Numbered from the stretch's first letter, positions 1-10,200 are shown. The stretch is 39,582 nucleotides of DNA from a virus (IMGVR_UViG_3300022917_000006:1-39582), one strand, 5' to 3'. Translations and numbers: made by a program. The notes: a model not told the origin generated them from the letters alone.

Positions 1-127
1 AGCCCGCATCCCTTAAAGGAATTGATTATAAATTTGAAATCGATTTTGGATCGACCAAGAAAGCCGACGAGTCCGAGAAAGCAGCTGGTGTGCTTGAGAT
101 GCTTGATACTTTGAGTAAGTATACCAA
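1..127. repeat. 127-bp terminal direct repeat (copy 1); assembly overlap indicating a circular/complete genome
   Basis: 1-127 is identical to 39456-39582; the portal ORF reads through the join in frame. Confidence 0.97.
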
Positions 128-425
128 TGTATTTACCGAGACCGGCCAGCAACCTCCAAACCTCCAGCCATTGGTACGCAAGTACATCCAGTATAAGGGC
201 ATTGACGTTGATATGGCAGAGCTATTCCCACCGGAACAAGCCCAACAAATGCAGCCCGAACAGCAGGAAGCACCAGTGGAGGAAGTGCCCCAGGAACAAC
301 AAGCTATGCAACAGCCAGCAGTGATGTCTCAGATGCCAGATATAAACAGCTTCGATATTCAAGATCCTGACCTACGTGCACAGGCACAACAGTTAATAGC
401 ACAGATTAGTGGAGGTACACAGTAA
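1..425 (+). CDS. Portal protein, C-terminal part (continues from 38012 across the join; 622 aa in total)
   Basis: ORF 90..425 is in frame with the open frame starting at ATG 38012; Q/P-rich C-terminal tail typical of P22-like portals. Confidence 0.85.
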   Translation, partial: PASLKGIDYKFEIDFGSTKKADESEKAAGVLEMLDTLSKYTNVFTETGQQPPNLQPLVRKYIQYKGIDVDMAELFPPEQAQQMQPEQQEAPVEEVPQEQQAMQQPAVMSQMPDINSFDIQDPDLRAQAQQLIAQISGGTQ

Positions 426-754
426 TGAATAGGACAAACTTGCCGGTTGAGCAAATAGATTATAGTGAAACTGTCTTGCCACAGTCAGCTGAAGTTGAAT
501 ATACAAATGAACAAGTGCTGGCTGAGCTTGCCAATACGCAGGGATGGAAGATGATAACCGACCGTGTGAATCAGAAGATTGATCACTATACTCAGTTCTT
601 ACCAGGAAACCTTGACCTCTCAAAGATAACCGCCAGTAACTGGACTGAATTTGAAATAGCCCAGAAGACAGCATTTAATCTGATTCAGGGTTACAAAGAG
701 ATATTAGCTGAAGTAGAACAGGCAAAGAGTAATGTCAAAAAAGCAAGACAATAG
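425..754 (+). CDS. Hypothetical head-associated protein
   Basis: TAATG-coupled to portal stop; L..T.GW motif often seen in small genes after podovirus portals. Confidence 0.7.
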   Translation: MNRTNLPVEQIDYSETVLPQSAEVEYTNEQVLAELANTQGWKMITDRVNQKIDHYTQFLPGNLDLSKITASNWTEFEIAQKTAFNLIQGYKEILAEVEQAKSNVKKARQ

Positions 755-1016
755 CAAATATAACTTTTATCATCGTACAGGTGCCACGCCACCTTCACGT
801 GATGAGCATGGTACGGAGAAGGACCTAGATGAACTTCGACATTGGGCCGGAGAGCACAACCATCGATGGGTACAAAAAGGACCATTCATAGAGTGCTCCG
901 AGGGCAACGTGGTTCATGGAGCCTACGCCCCTTCTGTCCACCATATATTAGTAGGCACCAACCCTGATGGTACCCCAAGGTGGAAGAAATTGACTAATGC
1001 GCCTAAAGATGATTAA
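732..1016 (+). CDS. Hypothetical protein (H.W.Q.GP...C...H possible metal site)
   Basis: Overlapping ORF in the head operon. Confidence 0.65.
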   Translation: MSKKQDNSKYNFYHRTGATPPSRDEHGTEKDLDELRHWAGEHNHRWVQKGPFIECSEGNVVHGAYAPSVHHILVGTNPDGTPRWKKLTNAPKDD

Positions 1017-1090
1017 CTAAAACTATAAGCGTCGCCCGAGCTATCCAAGATGAGCGCACATCAAGGAGAACGTGGGCTAGAAAGAAAAAA

Positions 1091-1936
1091 ATGTCAGACC
1101 AAAACACACCACTACCACTAGATGGCAGTCAATCGGAAGAACAGGTCACCGATACAGACCAGCAGACTACAGACAATCAACAACTGGATGCTGCTGGTGA
1201 AGACCAGGCCGGTAGTCAGCAAGAAGAGCAATCAAACGACCAGAACGTGGAACAGCAGGGGGAAACTCAGCTGAGCAGAAGTGAACGTCGTCAACAACGC
1301 TATGCTGATAAGATGGCAGACCGTCTTCGAAACCAATCTGAGCAAGATGCTCAATTTGGAAAACAGCTCTTTTCAAACGATAATCAATACAACCCAATTC
1401 AGTATGACCAGAGTACAGAGTTTGATGTAGAACAACTCTCGAATGATCGCCGCCAATACGGTCAGCAAACATTCAATGAGGGTGTTCGTCAGGGCCAGGC
1501 ATTTTACGAGGCAGAGCGTTTCGCAGATAGGCTTGATACCGACATTGACCGAGTACTTAATAAGCGGGATGATATTGATGACGTAACTGAGCGATTACTT
1601 GTTGAATCGTACCTTGACAAAGTTGGAGCTCGTGAGGATAAGAACGGACGTATCGTTATATCAAATCCTAATCTTAGATTCCGTGATTTTGCAGAATCGA
1701 AGTTGAAGGAAATTGACGATCTTGTCCAATCAAAGATCTCACAGTCTAGTAAAAATATTGTCTCTCAGGCAGCTAATACTGGTGTTCGCCCTAATGGAGC
1801 AGCCCAGGCTTCCCTTACTAATCTATCTGATAGTGACCTAGTCGAAAAGCTACGTGCTGCCGACATTGATACTCCAGAAGGAAAGAAACTAATGGAAGAG
1901 AACCGACGCCGACAGAGGGCAATCATTGGATTTTAG
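1091..1936 (+). CDS. Capsid scaffolding protein (putative)
   Basis: Acidic Q/E/D-rich disordered N-terminus, helical core, directly upstream of the capsid gene. Confidence 0.75.
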   Translation: MSDQNTPLPLDGSQSEEQVTDTDQQTTDNQQLDAAGEDQAGSQQEEQSNDQNVEQQGETQLSRSERRQQRYADKMADRLRNQSEQDAQFGKQLFSNDNQYNPIQYDQSTEFDVEQLSNDRRQYGQQTFNEGVRQGQAFYEAERFADRLDTDIDRVLNKRDDIDDVTERLLVESYLDKVGAREDKNGRIVISNPNLRFRDFAESKLKEIDDLVQSKISQSSKNIVSQAANTGVRPNGAAQASLTNLSDSDLVEKLRAADIDTPEGKKLMEENRRRQRAIIGF

Positions 1937-1965
1937 CAATTAAACAATAAAAGGAAAATAAAACA

Positions 1966-2814
1966 ATGGCTAACGTAACACCAACAACTGCGGCAGTAAT
2001 GATCGCAGAAGAGTGGACTAAAGAAATTGAGAAGCCTTACTACAACGCACTATACTTCCTAGATCGTGTTAAACGACGCGACAGTCTAGTATCAGGCGGT
2101 GGTGACACACTTCACATCCCATTCCTATCAACATATAACGCACGTGACAAAGTTGCCGGAACAGCCGTAACCTACGACGCTAACACCGAAACTGAAATCA
2201 CAATGACAATTAACAAGCACAAGTACCTTGCCTTCATCCTTGAAGACATCGTAAAAGTACAGAGTAACTACGACCTCGCTGCTGCTTACCGTGGTGCACA
2301 ACGCGAAGCTCTTGCACGTGCAGCTGACACAGATGTAGCAAGCCTACATGCCTCAGCTGGTACAAACATTGCAGCAGGTGCAACTATCGACGACGCAGAC
2401 ATGATCGCTGTGGCACTTGCACTTGACGTTGCAAACGTACCTATGAGCAACCGTACTGGTATCGTAAACGCATACGCTGTGTCTGACCTCCGAAACGTAA
2501 ACAAGTACACTACTTACGACCAAACTGGCGAAAAGGGTGTTGCAACTCGTGAGAACCCAATGATTGCTCGTGTATATGGATTTGATCTATTCACAAGCAA
2601 CAACATTGTGACTACTGGTGCAGGTACTGTTACCGACCACAACCTGTTCTTCCACCGTGACGCAATTAGCTTTGCAGAACAACTTAAACCAACCTACAAA
2701 GCTGAAGACTCAGCTGACTTCATTGGTCTAAAGATGGTCTTGCACACAATTTACGGTCTAGCAGTAGAACGTGCTACATCACTCGTGGATCTTGAAAGGA
2801 CGCGAACAGCCTAA
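1966..2814 (+). CDS. Major capsid protein (P22-coat-like, HK97 fold)
   Basis: N-terminal IAEEW, GDTLHIP, VYGFDLFTSNN and C-terminal TIYG motifs; AAGGA RBS; position after scaffold. Confidence 0.9.
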   Translation: MANVTPTTAAVMIAEEWTKEIEKPYYNALYFLDRVKRRDSLVSGGGDTLHIPFLSTYNARDKVAGTAVTYDANTETEITMTINKHKYLAFILEDIVKVQSNYDLAAAYRGAQREALARAADTDVASLHASAGTNIAAGATIDDADMIAVALALDVANVPMSNRTGIVNAYAVSDLRNVNKYTTYDQTGEKGVATRENPMIARVYGFDLFTSNNIVTTGAGTVTDHNLFFHRDAISFAEQLKPTYKAEDSADFIGLKMVLHTIYGLAVERATSLVDLERTRTA

Positions 2815-2845
2815 TATAAACCTTAACTTATAAGGAAAAAAACAA

Positions 2846-3289
2846 ATGGCAGAGAACGAAACATTTACAAAAGAAGGTGCACTTAAAGCTTGGAATGAAG
2901 CTGCTGGTAAGATTAACCAGTATGATGTACGCGAAGTAGAAGCCGAAGATGGAACTAAGCAAACTCAGCTTATCGACAAAGATACTGGTAGCCTTAGCGT
3001 AGCCGTTAACGGGGATAACCCATGGAAAGAACTAACTCAAAAAGCAGGTGTTTGGAAGATTGACGATGGTGTTAATCCAAAAGAATCTGTCTCTGACGAG
3101 AACAAACAGTTCCAGACTTCTAAGGGTGTACTAGCTACTCCTACTCAACCTGAGGTACTTCAAGGTGTTCAGGAACCAGTAGAAGTAGACAACCGTACTG
3201 ACGAAGAAAAAGACGGTGAGACTCAAGATTCACCATCTGAGAACGTTTCAAAAGCACGTGCAGCTCAGACTCCTAAACAGGAGAAATAG
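2846..3289 (+). CDS. Hypothetical acidic protein
   Basis: ORF with AAGGA RBS after capsid. Confidence 0.75.
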   Translation: MAENETFTKEGALKAWNEAAGKINQYDVREVEAEDGTKQTQLIDKDTGSLSVAVNGDNPWKELTQKAGVWKIDDGVNPKESVSDENKQFQTSKGVLATPTQPEVLQGVQEPVEVDNRTDEEKDGETQDSPSENVSKARAAQTPKQEK

Positions 3290-3290
3290 T

Positions 3291-3482
3291 ATGAGCCGAA
3301 ACGAACTAGTAAACTATGCTCGAATCCTCAATATTGATGCTTCGACATACACAAACGACTCAAAACTTGAGCAAGCAGTACTCTACAAGATGAAGACTAC
3401 CGCAGCTGCCGCAGGAACCGCTACTTACCTAGCTATCCCAGCAACAGCAACCCAGACCTTGTCTGGTGCCGCGAACGTTTGA
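3291..3482 (+). CDS. Small protein with helix-extension-helix (Rho-N-like) N-terminus
   Basis: Likely start MSRNELVNYARILNI at 3291, one base after the previous stop; pattern resembles Rho-N/HeH motifs. Confidence 0.55.
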   Translation: MSRNELVNYARILNIDASTYTNDSKLEQAVLYKMKTTAAAAGTATYLAIPATATQTLSGAANV

Positions 3483-3509
3483 TATAGTACTTCGTGAGGG
3501 TAGAGCTCT

Positions 3510-3538
3510 AAGCACAGTTGAAATATACTGTGCTTTTT
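3510..3538 (+). terminator. Intrinsic terminator
   Basis: AAGCACAGT-loop-ACTGTGCTT followed by a T tract. Confidence 0.8.
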
Positions 3539-3546
3539 GCTATTCT
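3518..3546 (+). promoter_or_regulatory. Sigma70-type promoter embedded in the terminator
   Basis: TTGAAA(3518)-N17-TATTCT(3541) with extended -10 TG. Confidence 0.5.
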
Positions 3547-3563
3547 AAAGAGAATTAATAGGA

Positions 3564-3827
3564 GTGGAAATGAAAGCCTTAAGAGATACTGTATTCATCC
3601 AATTGGACGATGAATCAAACCAAACAGCGAGTGGTCTATACCTTGTAAAAACATGGGATAGCATTCCTCCTACAGGAACAGTTACCGCTGTTGGTCCAGA
3701 TGTTAAAGATGTAAAAGTCGGTGACCATGTGATATTTATGCAGTACGCCTCAATTGACACCGATGAGGCTGACATACGTGTTGTCAAAGAGGAGCATGTA
3801 CTGGGGGTCATAAATGATAAAGAATAA
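3564..3827 (+). CDS. groES: GroES/Cpn10 co-chaperonin (start possibly ATG 3570)
   Basis: MKALRDTVFI...TASGLYL...GTVTAVGPDV..VKVGDHVIF..Y...E.HVLGVI signature. Confidence 0.9.
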   Translation: MEMKALRDTVFIQLDDESNQTASGLYLVKTWDSIPPTGTVTAVGPDVKDVKVGDHVIFMQYASIDTDEADIRVVKEEHVLGVINDKE

Positions 3828-4047
3828 CGACTCTAAAAACCGTCGTACTATACCAAGTATAGCAACTATGACGAACAAAAAACGAACAACTGCTGAGCTT
3901 AAGGACTATTCACTTAAGTCAGTCGTAACCCTCCAATGGCATATGAATCGTAAGGCAACTGAAGACCAGGTGTTTAAGATAGATATAAATGGTGAGACTG
4001 CACTTGTCAGTCTTGAGGAGCTATTGAGTTATACCAGGCTTATGTGA
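3814..4047 (+). CDS. Hypothetical protein
   Basis: ORF overlapping the groES stop. Confidence 0.6.
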   Translation: MIKNNDSKNRRTIPSIATMTNKKRTTAELKDYSLKSVVTLQWHMNRKATEDQVFKIDINGETALVSLEELLSYTRLM

Positions 4048-4090
4048 TATATTCAAAGTAAATCCTATCACGGAATATAGAAACTATCAG

Positions 4091-4127
4091 ATGGTCGGAA
4101 CACTAGAGATGTGTTTCGGCTGTTTTT
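4091..4127 (+). terminator. Terminator-like hairpin just upstream of the RBS of 4143
   Basis: ATGGTCGGAACAC/GTGTTTCGGCTGT stem with G-U pairs, then TTTT. Confidence 0.6.
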
Positions 4128-4142
4128 AAAAGGAAAACAAAA

Positions 4143-5219
4143 ATGTTTAACGCACCGTTCAATCCAGGTACACATGGAAACCCAGGCTCAGGGGGTGTAA
4201 TCCCTGGCATTAACTTTGGAGCTATCTGGGATAAATACGTAAATGGAAACTCAGCAGCAGATATTATCCCTGGTGCCAATTTCAGTGGTGGTGGCGGTCA
4301 AAGCAACAATGCTGGTCCAACCGCTGATGCTCCTCAAGCACCAACTGTAAACAACTCCAATGGTGGCTACTCTGGCGGAACAGGTGCTAGTCGTAGCGGA
4401 TATGCAACTAACGCAGTAGCTGATCCACGTGTTGCCATACGTGCGCAAGCACAACGAGCTCGCGATACAGCTATTGGCGCAGGACGGAACTCATTCGGAG
4501 ACCTTAACCGGGGCTACCAATCTGGCATAGATGGTCTACTTCAGAAGCTACGAGTTGGACAACAAGGTATTGACCAGGGCAGAGAGAACAATGCCCTTAA
4601 TAGGATTCGCTCTCTAAGTGACCTACGAGACTCAGTACGCCAGGGCATTCAGTCTGGATCAGTACAGCTTTCTAACAACAATGCTCTGGACAGTTCAGCC
4701 TCAGAGGCGCTCGCCAAAGGTTATGGACGCTTCGGAACTCAACAGCAAGGTGATATTCTAAATGAATTTGCACTAGTTAACCGAGATATTGATACACAAC
4801 AGTCCAACCTCAATCTCGAGCGAGACCAGGGTGTACGTGACCTAGAGAATTATAAGTTGTCCCAGGCTAACCAAATCGGTAACAGCGTATATGACCGACT
4901 TGCTGCTATTAGTGAGTCAGCTCTTAGCCAGGGTGTCGACGGTGCTGTAGGTGATGTCAACCAACTTAAGCAGCAAATCATTAATGAAGCACTATCTGCC
5001 ATCCAAGGTCTTGACCAACAGCTACGAGGCAACCTAGGTGGTATCCAGGCACTCGGTCAGGATGCTGTTGAAGCTAACGCATACAAGCTTGCAAATGCTG
5101 GTGGCGCTGCACTTCCTCAGAACAGCTTTAGTTACGAAAGCGCTCCAGGTATGGGACCAATTCAGAACGGTGCGCCAATAGCACAATTCCCAATGGCACG
5201 TCGAAGAGAAAACCAATAA
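4143..5219 (+). CDS. Internal virion (DNA ejection) protein, putative
   Basis: G/N/Q/A-rich, coiled-coil-like, in the podovirus ejection-protein position. Confidence 0.6.
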   Translation: MFNAPFNPGTHGNPGSGGVIPGINFGAIWDKYVNGNSAADIIPGANFSGGGGQSNNAGPTADAPQAPTVNNSNGGYSGGTGASRSGYATNAVADPRVAIRAQAQRARDTAIGAGRNSFGDLNRGYQSGIDGLLQKLRVGQQGIDQGRENNALNRIRSLSDLRDSVRQGIQSGSVQLSNNNALDSSASEALAKGYGRFGTQQQGDILNEFALVNRDIDTQQSNLNLERDQGVRDLENYKLSQANQIGNSVYDRLAAISESALSQGVDGAVGDVNQLKQQIINEALSAIQGLDQQLRGNLGGIQALGQDAVEANAYKLANAGGAALPQNSFSYESAPGMGPIQNGAPIAQFPMARRRENQ

Positions 5220-5236
5220 ACGAAGGCCTTTATTAA

Positions 5237-8200
5237 ATGGCTTTACCAATCCGAAAAAAAGAAGAAAATATCTTCGAGCAAATTGGAGGATTCTTTGGTG
5301 ATGTTGGTAAGAATGTTGGCACCTTTATCGGTAGTCTTAACAAGCCACAACAACAGCAGCCTCAGCAACAAGCACCTCGTCCACAGCAGCCTGCTTCATA
5401 CACTGCTCCCACGCAGCAACGGCCACAAGGTTTTAATAGTGGCGTTGCCAGTCTAGGTTCACTTCCACAATTCCAGCAGAAGACACAGCGAATAACAGGT
5501 GCCGGACCCTTAAAAATACAGACCCCAGATGAATATAGAGCCCAGAAACAGCAGGCCATACAATCGGTTGTAGATACAGGTAATTACAATCCCAAAGTTC
5601 CTCAGGAAGAAGTGCCAGGCGTCCTTATGAAGCGTGTGCAGAATCAAGCAGGTGGCACACCGCAACAGAGAGCAGTGCGTCAGGTCCAGGAAGATGTATT
5701 GATCAAACCTATTACTGGTGTAGTCAACACTGCTGCAAGGGCCGTAGATCAGACCCTAAAAGATCCACTTGGTACAGCACAGGGCATTATACAGGCCCCA
5801 TTCAGGGCAGGCGCCACAGTAGCTAGGTCGCTAGGAGATACCAGCGATTTTCAAAGTACTCCTCTTCGTAGGTTTCTATACGGTGAAGAACCAATCCAGA
5901 ACCTCGAGCAGTCTGGTAGGAAGTTTGTAAACTCTACGCAGGGTCTCCTAACGAATGATGAAAAATCTGATGCTGGCGATAAGATAAATCCATTTCTTGC
6001 AGTAGGTGCAGGTTTGCTTGGATCTGCTACAGATTTATTACCTGGTGGTGGCATAAAGAAAGTTGCTATAAAGGGCACCGCTAAGGCAGCCGAGAGTGCC
6101 GTTGAAAAAGCTGCTAGTAGTCCTATACGAAGAGGTATAGACAAGACAGCAGAAGCCGCTTCCAATGATAAGCCACAGTTTAGGGAGAACATGCTTTCAC
6201 CTGGTAGAGAAGAGGAGACATATGATATTAATAGAAAACTTCTTCCCCCTGTTGACCCATCAAACATTGCACCATATACTAGTTCAAATTCAAATATACC
6301 CCTCGATATAGCCAGAGCCGCCGAAGAGCAGAAACAACGCTATGCCCCAGTTACGAAAAGACAAGCCATAGGTGAGACTATTAACCCTTACCGTGCAGGT
6401 GTACTAACAGACGCTAAATATGCTGAACAGCAAGGTATACCACTTCGAGATGTACCAAAGAACCAAAGCCTTGAGGCTCTAGCTGAACGTACCCGTAACT
6501 CAGGTCAGGAGGCCCAGGCATTCTTAGAGAGAGGCAACATTGCTCCTGTGCTACAGAAGTATGGTGCAAAGACTCCAGAGTCACAGGAGTTTAATACTTA
6601 CCGAACCTTCATGCGTGACATGGAACAACGTGCAGATGGCCGAGCCCCCCTTTATAAGGATCGATCAAATGAAGAGATAGCAAAGTTTGTACAAGACTAT
6701 GAGCTGCGTAATCCTAACGCAAGACAGGACTTAAAGGCAGTAGTGAATGACATCGAGCGTGTACAGGATGAAGCCGTTAAACGTGGTGTTGTAGATGCTG
6801 AAACAGTAAATGCAGCCCGTATGAAGAAGGATGGTGGACGGTACGAGTTTTATACCCCTGTTAGCCGTGCTTCTCCAGAGAATCTAGAGCGGGCATCCAT
6901 TAACGCAAATGGTGTTGGTAGTATTGGACGACAAAGTATTATTCAGGATATGAAGGGTTCAGATATACCACTAGACCCTAGCTTTGATTCAATTACAGAT
7001 TACGTGAATAATGCGTACCGTCAAATGGCTAAGGCTCAAACCTCACAGGTATTTGCCGAACGAGTTAAACAAGGCTTAGTTCCTGGTGCAAGGTTTGTCG
7101 ATACCGCAGAGAATGATGCTGCTAGGCGAGCTATGAGAAATGAACAAAAGCGTACGGGTGAGACTAAAAACATGAACGATTACGCTGAGCTACGTGCCGA
7201 CCCCACTACTGGTTTACAGGTGATATCAGGTAGGTCAAATGGGTCTACGTTTAAGATAGAAGTACCACCAGAGCAAGCACGTTTCTTACAGGGGCTAGGA
7301 GAGGAAAAGCTAAACACTTTGGGTAAGATAGCTAAGGCGACCCAAACACCGTTTAGGACTGTTCTTACGGGTGCGCTTAACCTACCATTCCAGGTAATAT
7401 CTGCGGGGTTCAACGCCATTATGGCACCTACTCTATCTCCTCAAGGTTTTAGGGTGCTAGCCCCGAAAGCAGTAGCTGAGTCACTTAGATCTTTCAACAA
7501 GAATAGCGAGTTTCAACAGCTTTTAAGAGCCAATGGTGCACAGAGTTTTACGGGTAACCTAGCCGCTGGCAAGAACAAGCCTACGACCGCCGAACAGTTA
7601 GCAGCACAGCGAAACTTCGCCAGCCAGTTTAAATTTGATCTAAAGAACCCTAGTCGTTTATGGGAGAAACTAGATGCTCCAGGAGCTGGACTTGAGAATG
7701 CACAGCGAACAGGTATAGCCAAGGCTGCCTTCGATGCAAGGTTACGTAAAGGTGGCGATGAAGGGGCAGCCATAGCAGACGCAGTATATGCGTATAATAA
7801 CGTGCTACCAAACTTTGGACGAGTAAGTTCACTAGTACGACAAGTCGATGCGGCTTTGATGTATACTGGCGCAAACGTGGCTGGTACTAGGTCGATGCTT
7901 ACAGCTATTAAGCGAGATCCTGTAGGTGTTGGTACGCGTCTTAGCCTCGTTACCACAGGGCTTGTAGGCCTAACAGCATACACCCTATCCCAAGACGAAG
8001 CACAGGCATTCTACGAGGACATGCATAACACCGGCAAAGATTATATTACTGACAATAATGGTATCGTTATGCTGCCAGGTGCCCATAAGGTTACTAAAGA
8101 TGAAGCCGACTCTGGTCAGGGTAAAGAAGGAGAATGGGTAGGAGTGATTAAGTTACCTCTGCCACCCGAGCTCCGTCCCGTCCAACACGCTATCACCTCG

Positions 8201-9505
8201 CAGATGCTTGCCAATTCAAAAGACGAGAATGTGCCAGTTGGTGACTACGCTCAAGCAGCATTTGACTTCGTGTCAGGTGGCGCACGAACTTTGGCTAACC
8301 CATTGATGGATCTTGGCTATGGCCTAGCAACTAACGTAGACAGATCAACTGGTCGTGAAATAGTACCAGCTGAACTACAACGTAAGCAACCAAGCGAGCA
8401 GGCATATCCTAATACATCTGAGGTTGCTAAGAACATTGCCGGTGCCTTAGGTATCTCTCCCCTTAAAGTAGACTATGCACTTAGTAAGGCAGGGTTTCCA
8501 GGCCAGATAGCTAAGGGTGTCGGTGAAGAAGGCGGTGTTACTAAGTCAACTGGTGAGGCCATAGCAAATAGGTTCACAAACACCTTTGGAGAGAAAGAAA
8601 GCACTAGGTTCTACAACCAACTTGACAAGATCGCAAAATCAATTCCAGCCGACGATGATATGAAGGCCTTTGAGGCACTCCACTCTAAGAAGGATGACGA
8701 GTCACGATCACTTGATAAGACAGCTGAACGATACAAGATACTATTGGCACGGCCAGGTGTATTAGATGCAGAACGTCAGTTAGATGCCTTTAACAGGTCA
8801 CAGGGTAAGCCAGGTAACCCCTTATTCGACCTAGCCCCCGATCAACAGGAGAAGGTATTCCGCTATCGTGCAAGCAAAGACCTCAACGCTGCCAAGCAAG
8901 CCTATGATAAGAATGGGAACCCCCTTTACACAGCCCTTGGCCTAGATGAGAAATGGTACGATGATTTTAGAAATGCAGAGTCTAACTTCTATGGTGGTTT
9001 AAAGCAGAAGAACGAAGGCGATGGGACAAACACTGCTCTAAGCTTCTCAGGTGCACAGAGGCCTCAGCCAAGTGCAGAGTTACAGGCTAAGCTAGATACC
9101 TATTACACGATCCCTGGAGGCACAGGAGAGCGCTCTGCATTCCTCAAGCAGAATCCTGATGTACTAGAGCATTGGGCTAAGGGAGATCAGTTCACTAACG
9201 CAGAGCGTATTGCCATAGGCCTCGAGCCAGTTAGTGATGAAGAGAAATCTAGCGGTGGTAAGTTTGCACGTTCCTCTAAGGGCGGAGGCGGAGCTCGATC
9301 AAACCCTAACCGTATAACAATAAAGTCTTCCGACTATGATAATCCAATATCCATTGACTCTGCGCCAAAGGCACGCATCACAGTTAAGTCAAATAACAAA
9401 AAAGTTGCTATAAAAGCACGTAAAGCAAGGAATGCCAAGGTGACGACAACGAAGCAAAAAAGTGGTAAGATAAAGGTAAATAACCAAAAGAAACAAACAT
9501 CATGA
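5237..9505 (+). CDS. Large internal virion/ejection protein with LPD38-like domain
   Basis: 1422 aa; KLPLPPEL...N.D..TGREIVP...TSEVAK..A..LGISPLKVDY resembles large polyvalent protein domain LPD38; K/S-rich basic C-terminus. Confidence 0.7.
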   Translation: MALPIRKKEENIFEQIGGFFGDVGKNVGTFIGSLNKPQQQQPQQQAPRPQQPASYTAPTQQRPQGFNSGVASLGSLPQFQQKTQRITGAGPLKIQTPDEYRAQKQQAIQSVVDTGNYNPKVPQEEVPGVLMKRVQNQAGGTPQQRAVRQVQEDVLIKPITGVVNTAARAVDQTLKDPLGTAQGIIQAPFRAGATVARSLGDTSDFQSTPLRRFLYGEEPIQNLEQSGRKFVNSTQGLLTNDEKSDAGDKINPFLAVGAGLLGSATDLLPGGGIKKVAIKGTAKAAESAVEKAASSPIRRGIDKTAEAASNDKPQFRENMLSPGREEETYDINRKLLPPVDPSNIAPYTSSNSNIPLDIARAAEEQKQRYAPVTKRQAIGETINPYRAGVLTDAKYAEQQGIPLRDVPKNQSLEALAERTRNSGQEAQAFLERGNIAPVLQKYGAKTPESQEFNTYRTFMRDMEQRADGRAPLYKDRSNEEIAKFVQDYELRNPNARQDLKAVVNDIERVQDEAVKRGVVDAETVNAARMKKDGGRYEFYTPVSRASPENLERASINANGVGSIGRQSIIQDMKGSDIPLDPSFDSITDYVNNAYRQMAKAQTSQVFAERVKQGLVPGARFVDTAENDAARRAMRNEQKRTGETKNMNDYAELRADPTTGLQVISGRSNGSTFKIEVPPEQARFLQGLGEEKLNTLGKIAKATQTPFRTVLTGALNLPFQVISAGFNAIMAPTLSPQGFRVLAPKAVAESLRSFNKNSEFQQLLRANGAQSFTGNLAAGKNKPTTAEQLAAQRNFASQFKFDLKNPSRLWEKLDAPGAGLENAQRTGIAKAAFDARLRKGGDEGAAIADAVYAYNNVLPNFGRVSSLVRQVDAALMYTGANVAGTRSMLTAIKRDPVGVGTRLSLVTTGLVGLTAYTLSQDEAQAFYEDMHNTGKDYITDNNGIVMLPGAHKVTKDEADSGQGKEGEWVGVIKLPLPPELRPVQHAITSQMLANSKDENVPVGDYAQAAFDFVSGGARTLANPLMDLGYGLATNVDRSTGREIVPAELQRKQPSEQAYPNTSEVAKNIAGALGISPLKVDYALSKAGFPGQIAKGVGEEGGVTKSTGEAIANRFTNTFGEKESTRFYNQLDKIAKSIPADDDMKAFEALHSKKDDESRSLDKTAERYKILLARPGVLDAERQLDAFNRSQGKPGNPLFDLAPDQQEKVFRYRASKDLNAAKQAYDKNGNPLYTALGLDEKWYDDFRNAESNFYGGLKQKNEGDGTNTALSFSGAQRPQPSAELQAKLDTYYTIPGGTGERSAFLKQNPDVLEHWAKGDQFTNAERIAIGLEPVSDEEKSSGGKFARSSKGGGGARSNPNRITIKSSDYDNPISIDSAPKARITVKSNNKKVAIKARKARNAKVTTTKQKSGKIKVNNQKKQTS

Positions 9506-10200
9506 CCTTTGAAGAAATCTTCTCCACATATTACATAGAATTCCGAGCAGACAGTGATGTTCCAGATATCACCGATCCTGAGTATCTAATGGCAAAGAAG
9601 TTTGCAAACGTAGCCATCAATAAATGGAAGCAGGTTGATGGTGTTTTGTGGAATGAACTATGGACTTCACGAGCAATCTCCGAAGAGGGTGACGATACTA
9701 TCGTTGCAGGACAGCTGGAGTATGAGGCACCTGATGACTTTGTGTTCCCAGGTGGGTATATACGTTTAGGTGGCGGTGATCAGTCCTCACAAATATTACA
9801 GGTCTACTCCCCTGAAGAGGCCCAGACAATGCGCGGTACGTTTGCCTACTTCACTGGCAACCCCGCAGATGGATACATGCTCAGGCTAAGTAGTGTTGCT
9901 GACAATCTGGCTGGTCTGGCTATCGACTATGACTACTACCGTGCGCCCGTGCTTATGGAAAATGCTTCTGATATACCCGATATGGCAGATCCATACTTTA
10001 TTGTTAACTCTATGTTGGCCGATCGATTCCGTGGAGCTAGAAACTTCCCAGCCTACCAGACGGCTAAGCGTGATGCAGATTCCGCACTTCAGAATATGAT
10101 TACTAGGAATGCAATGGGGACACCTACCCGTGGATGGACAATACGGGATACGGTTCCTGGGTTTGGTAGCAACAACATAAACGACCGATTTGGTATATAG
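9502..10200 (+). CDS. Head-tail adaptor / tail tubular protein A-like
   Basis: Size, position, and G..EY.APDDF and YDYY..P motifs typical of podovirus adaptors. Confidence 0.65.
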   Translation: MTFEEIFSTYYIEFRADSDVPDITDPEYLMAKKFANVAINKWKQVDGVLWNELWTSRAISEEGDDTIVAGQLEYEAPDDFVFPGGYIRLGGGDQSSQILQVYSPEEAQTMRGTFAYFTGNPADGYMLRLSSVADNLAGLAIDYDYYRAPVLMENASDIPDMADPYFIVNSMLADRFRGARNFPAYQTAKRDADSALQNMITRNAMGTPTRGWTIRDTVPGFGSNNINDRFGI

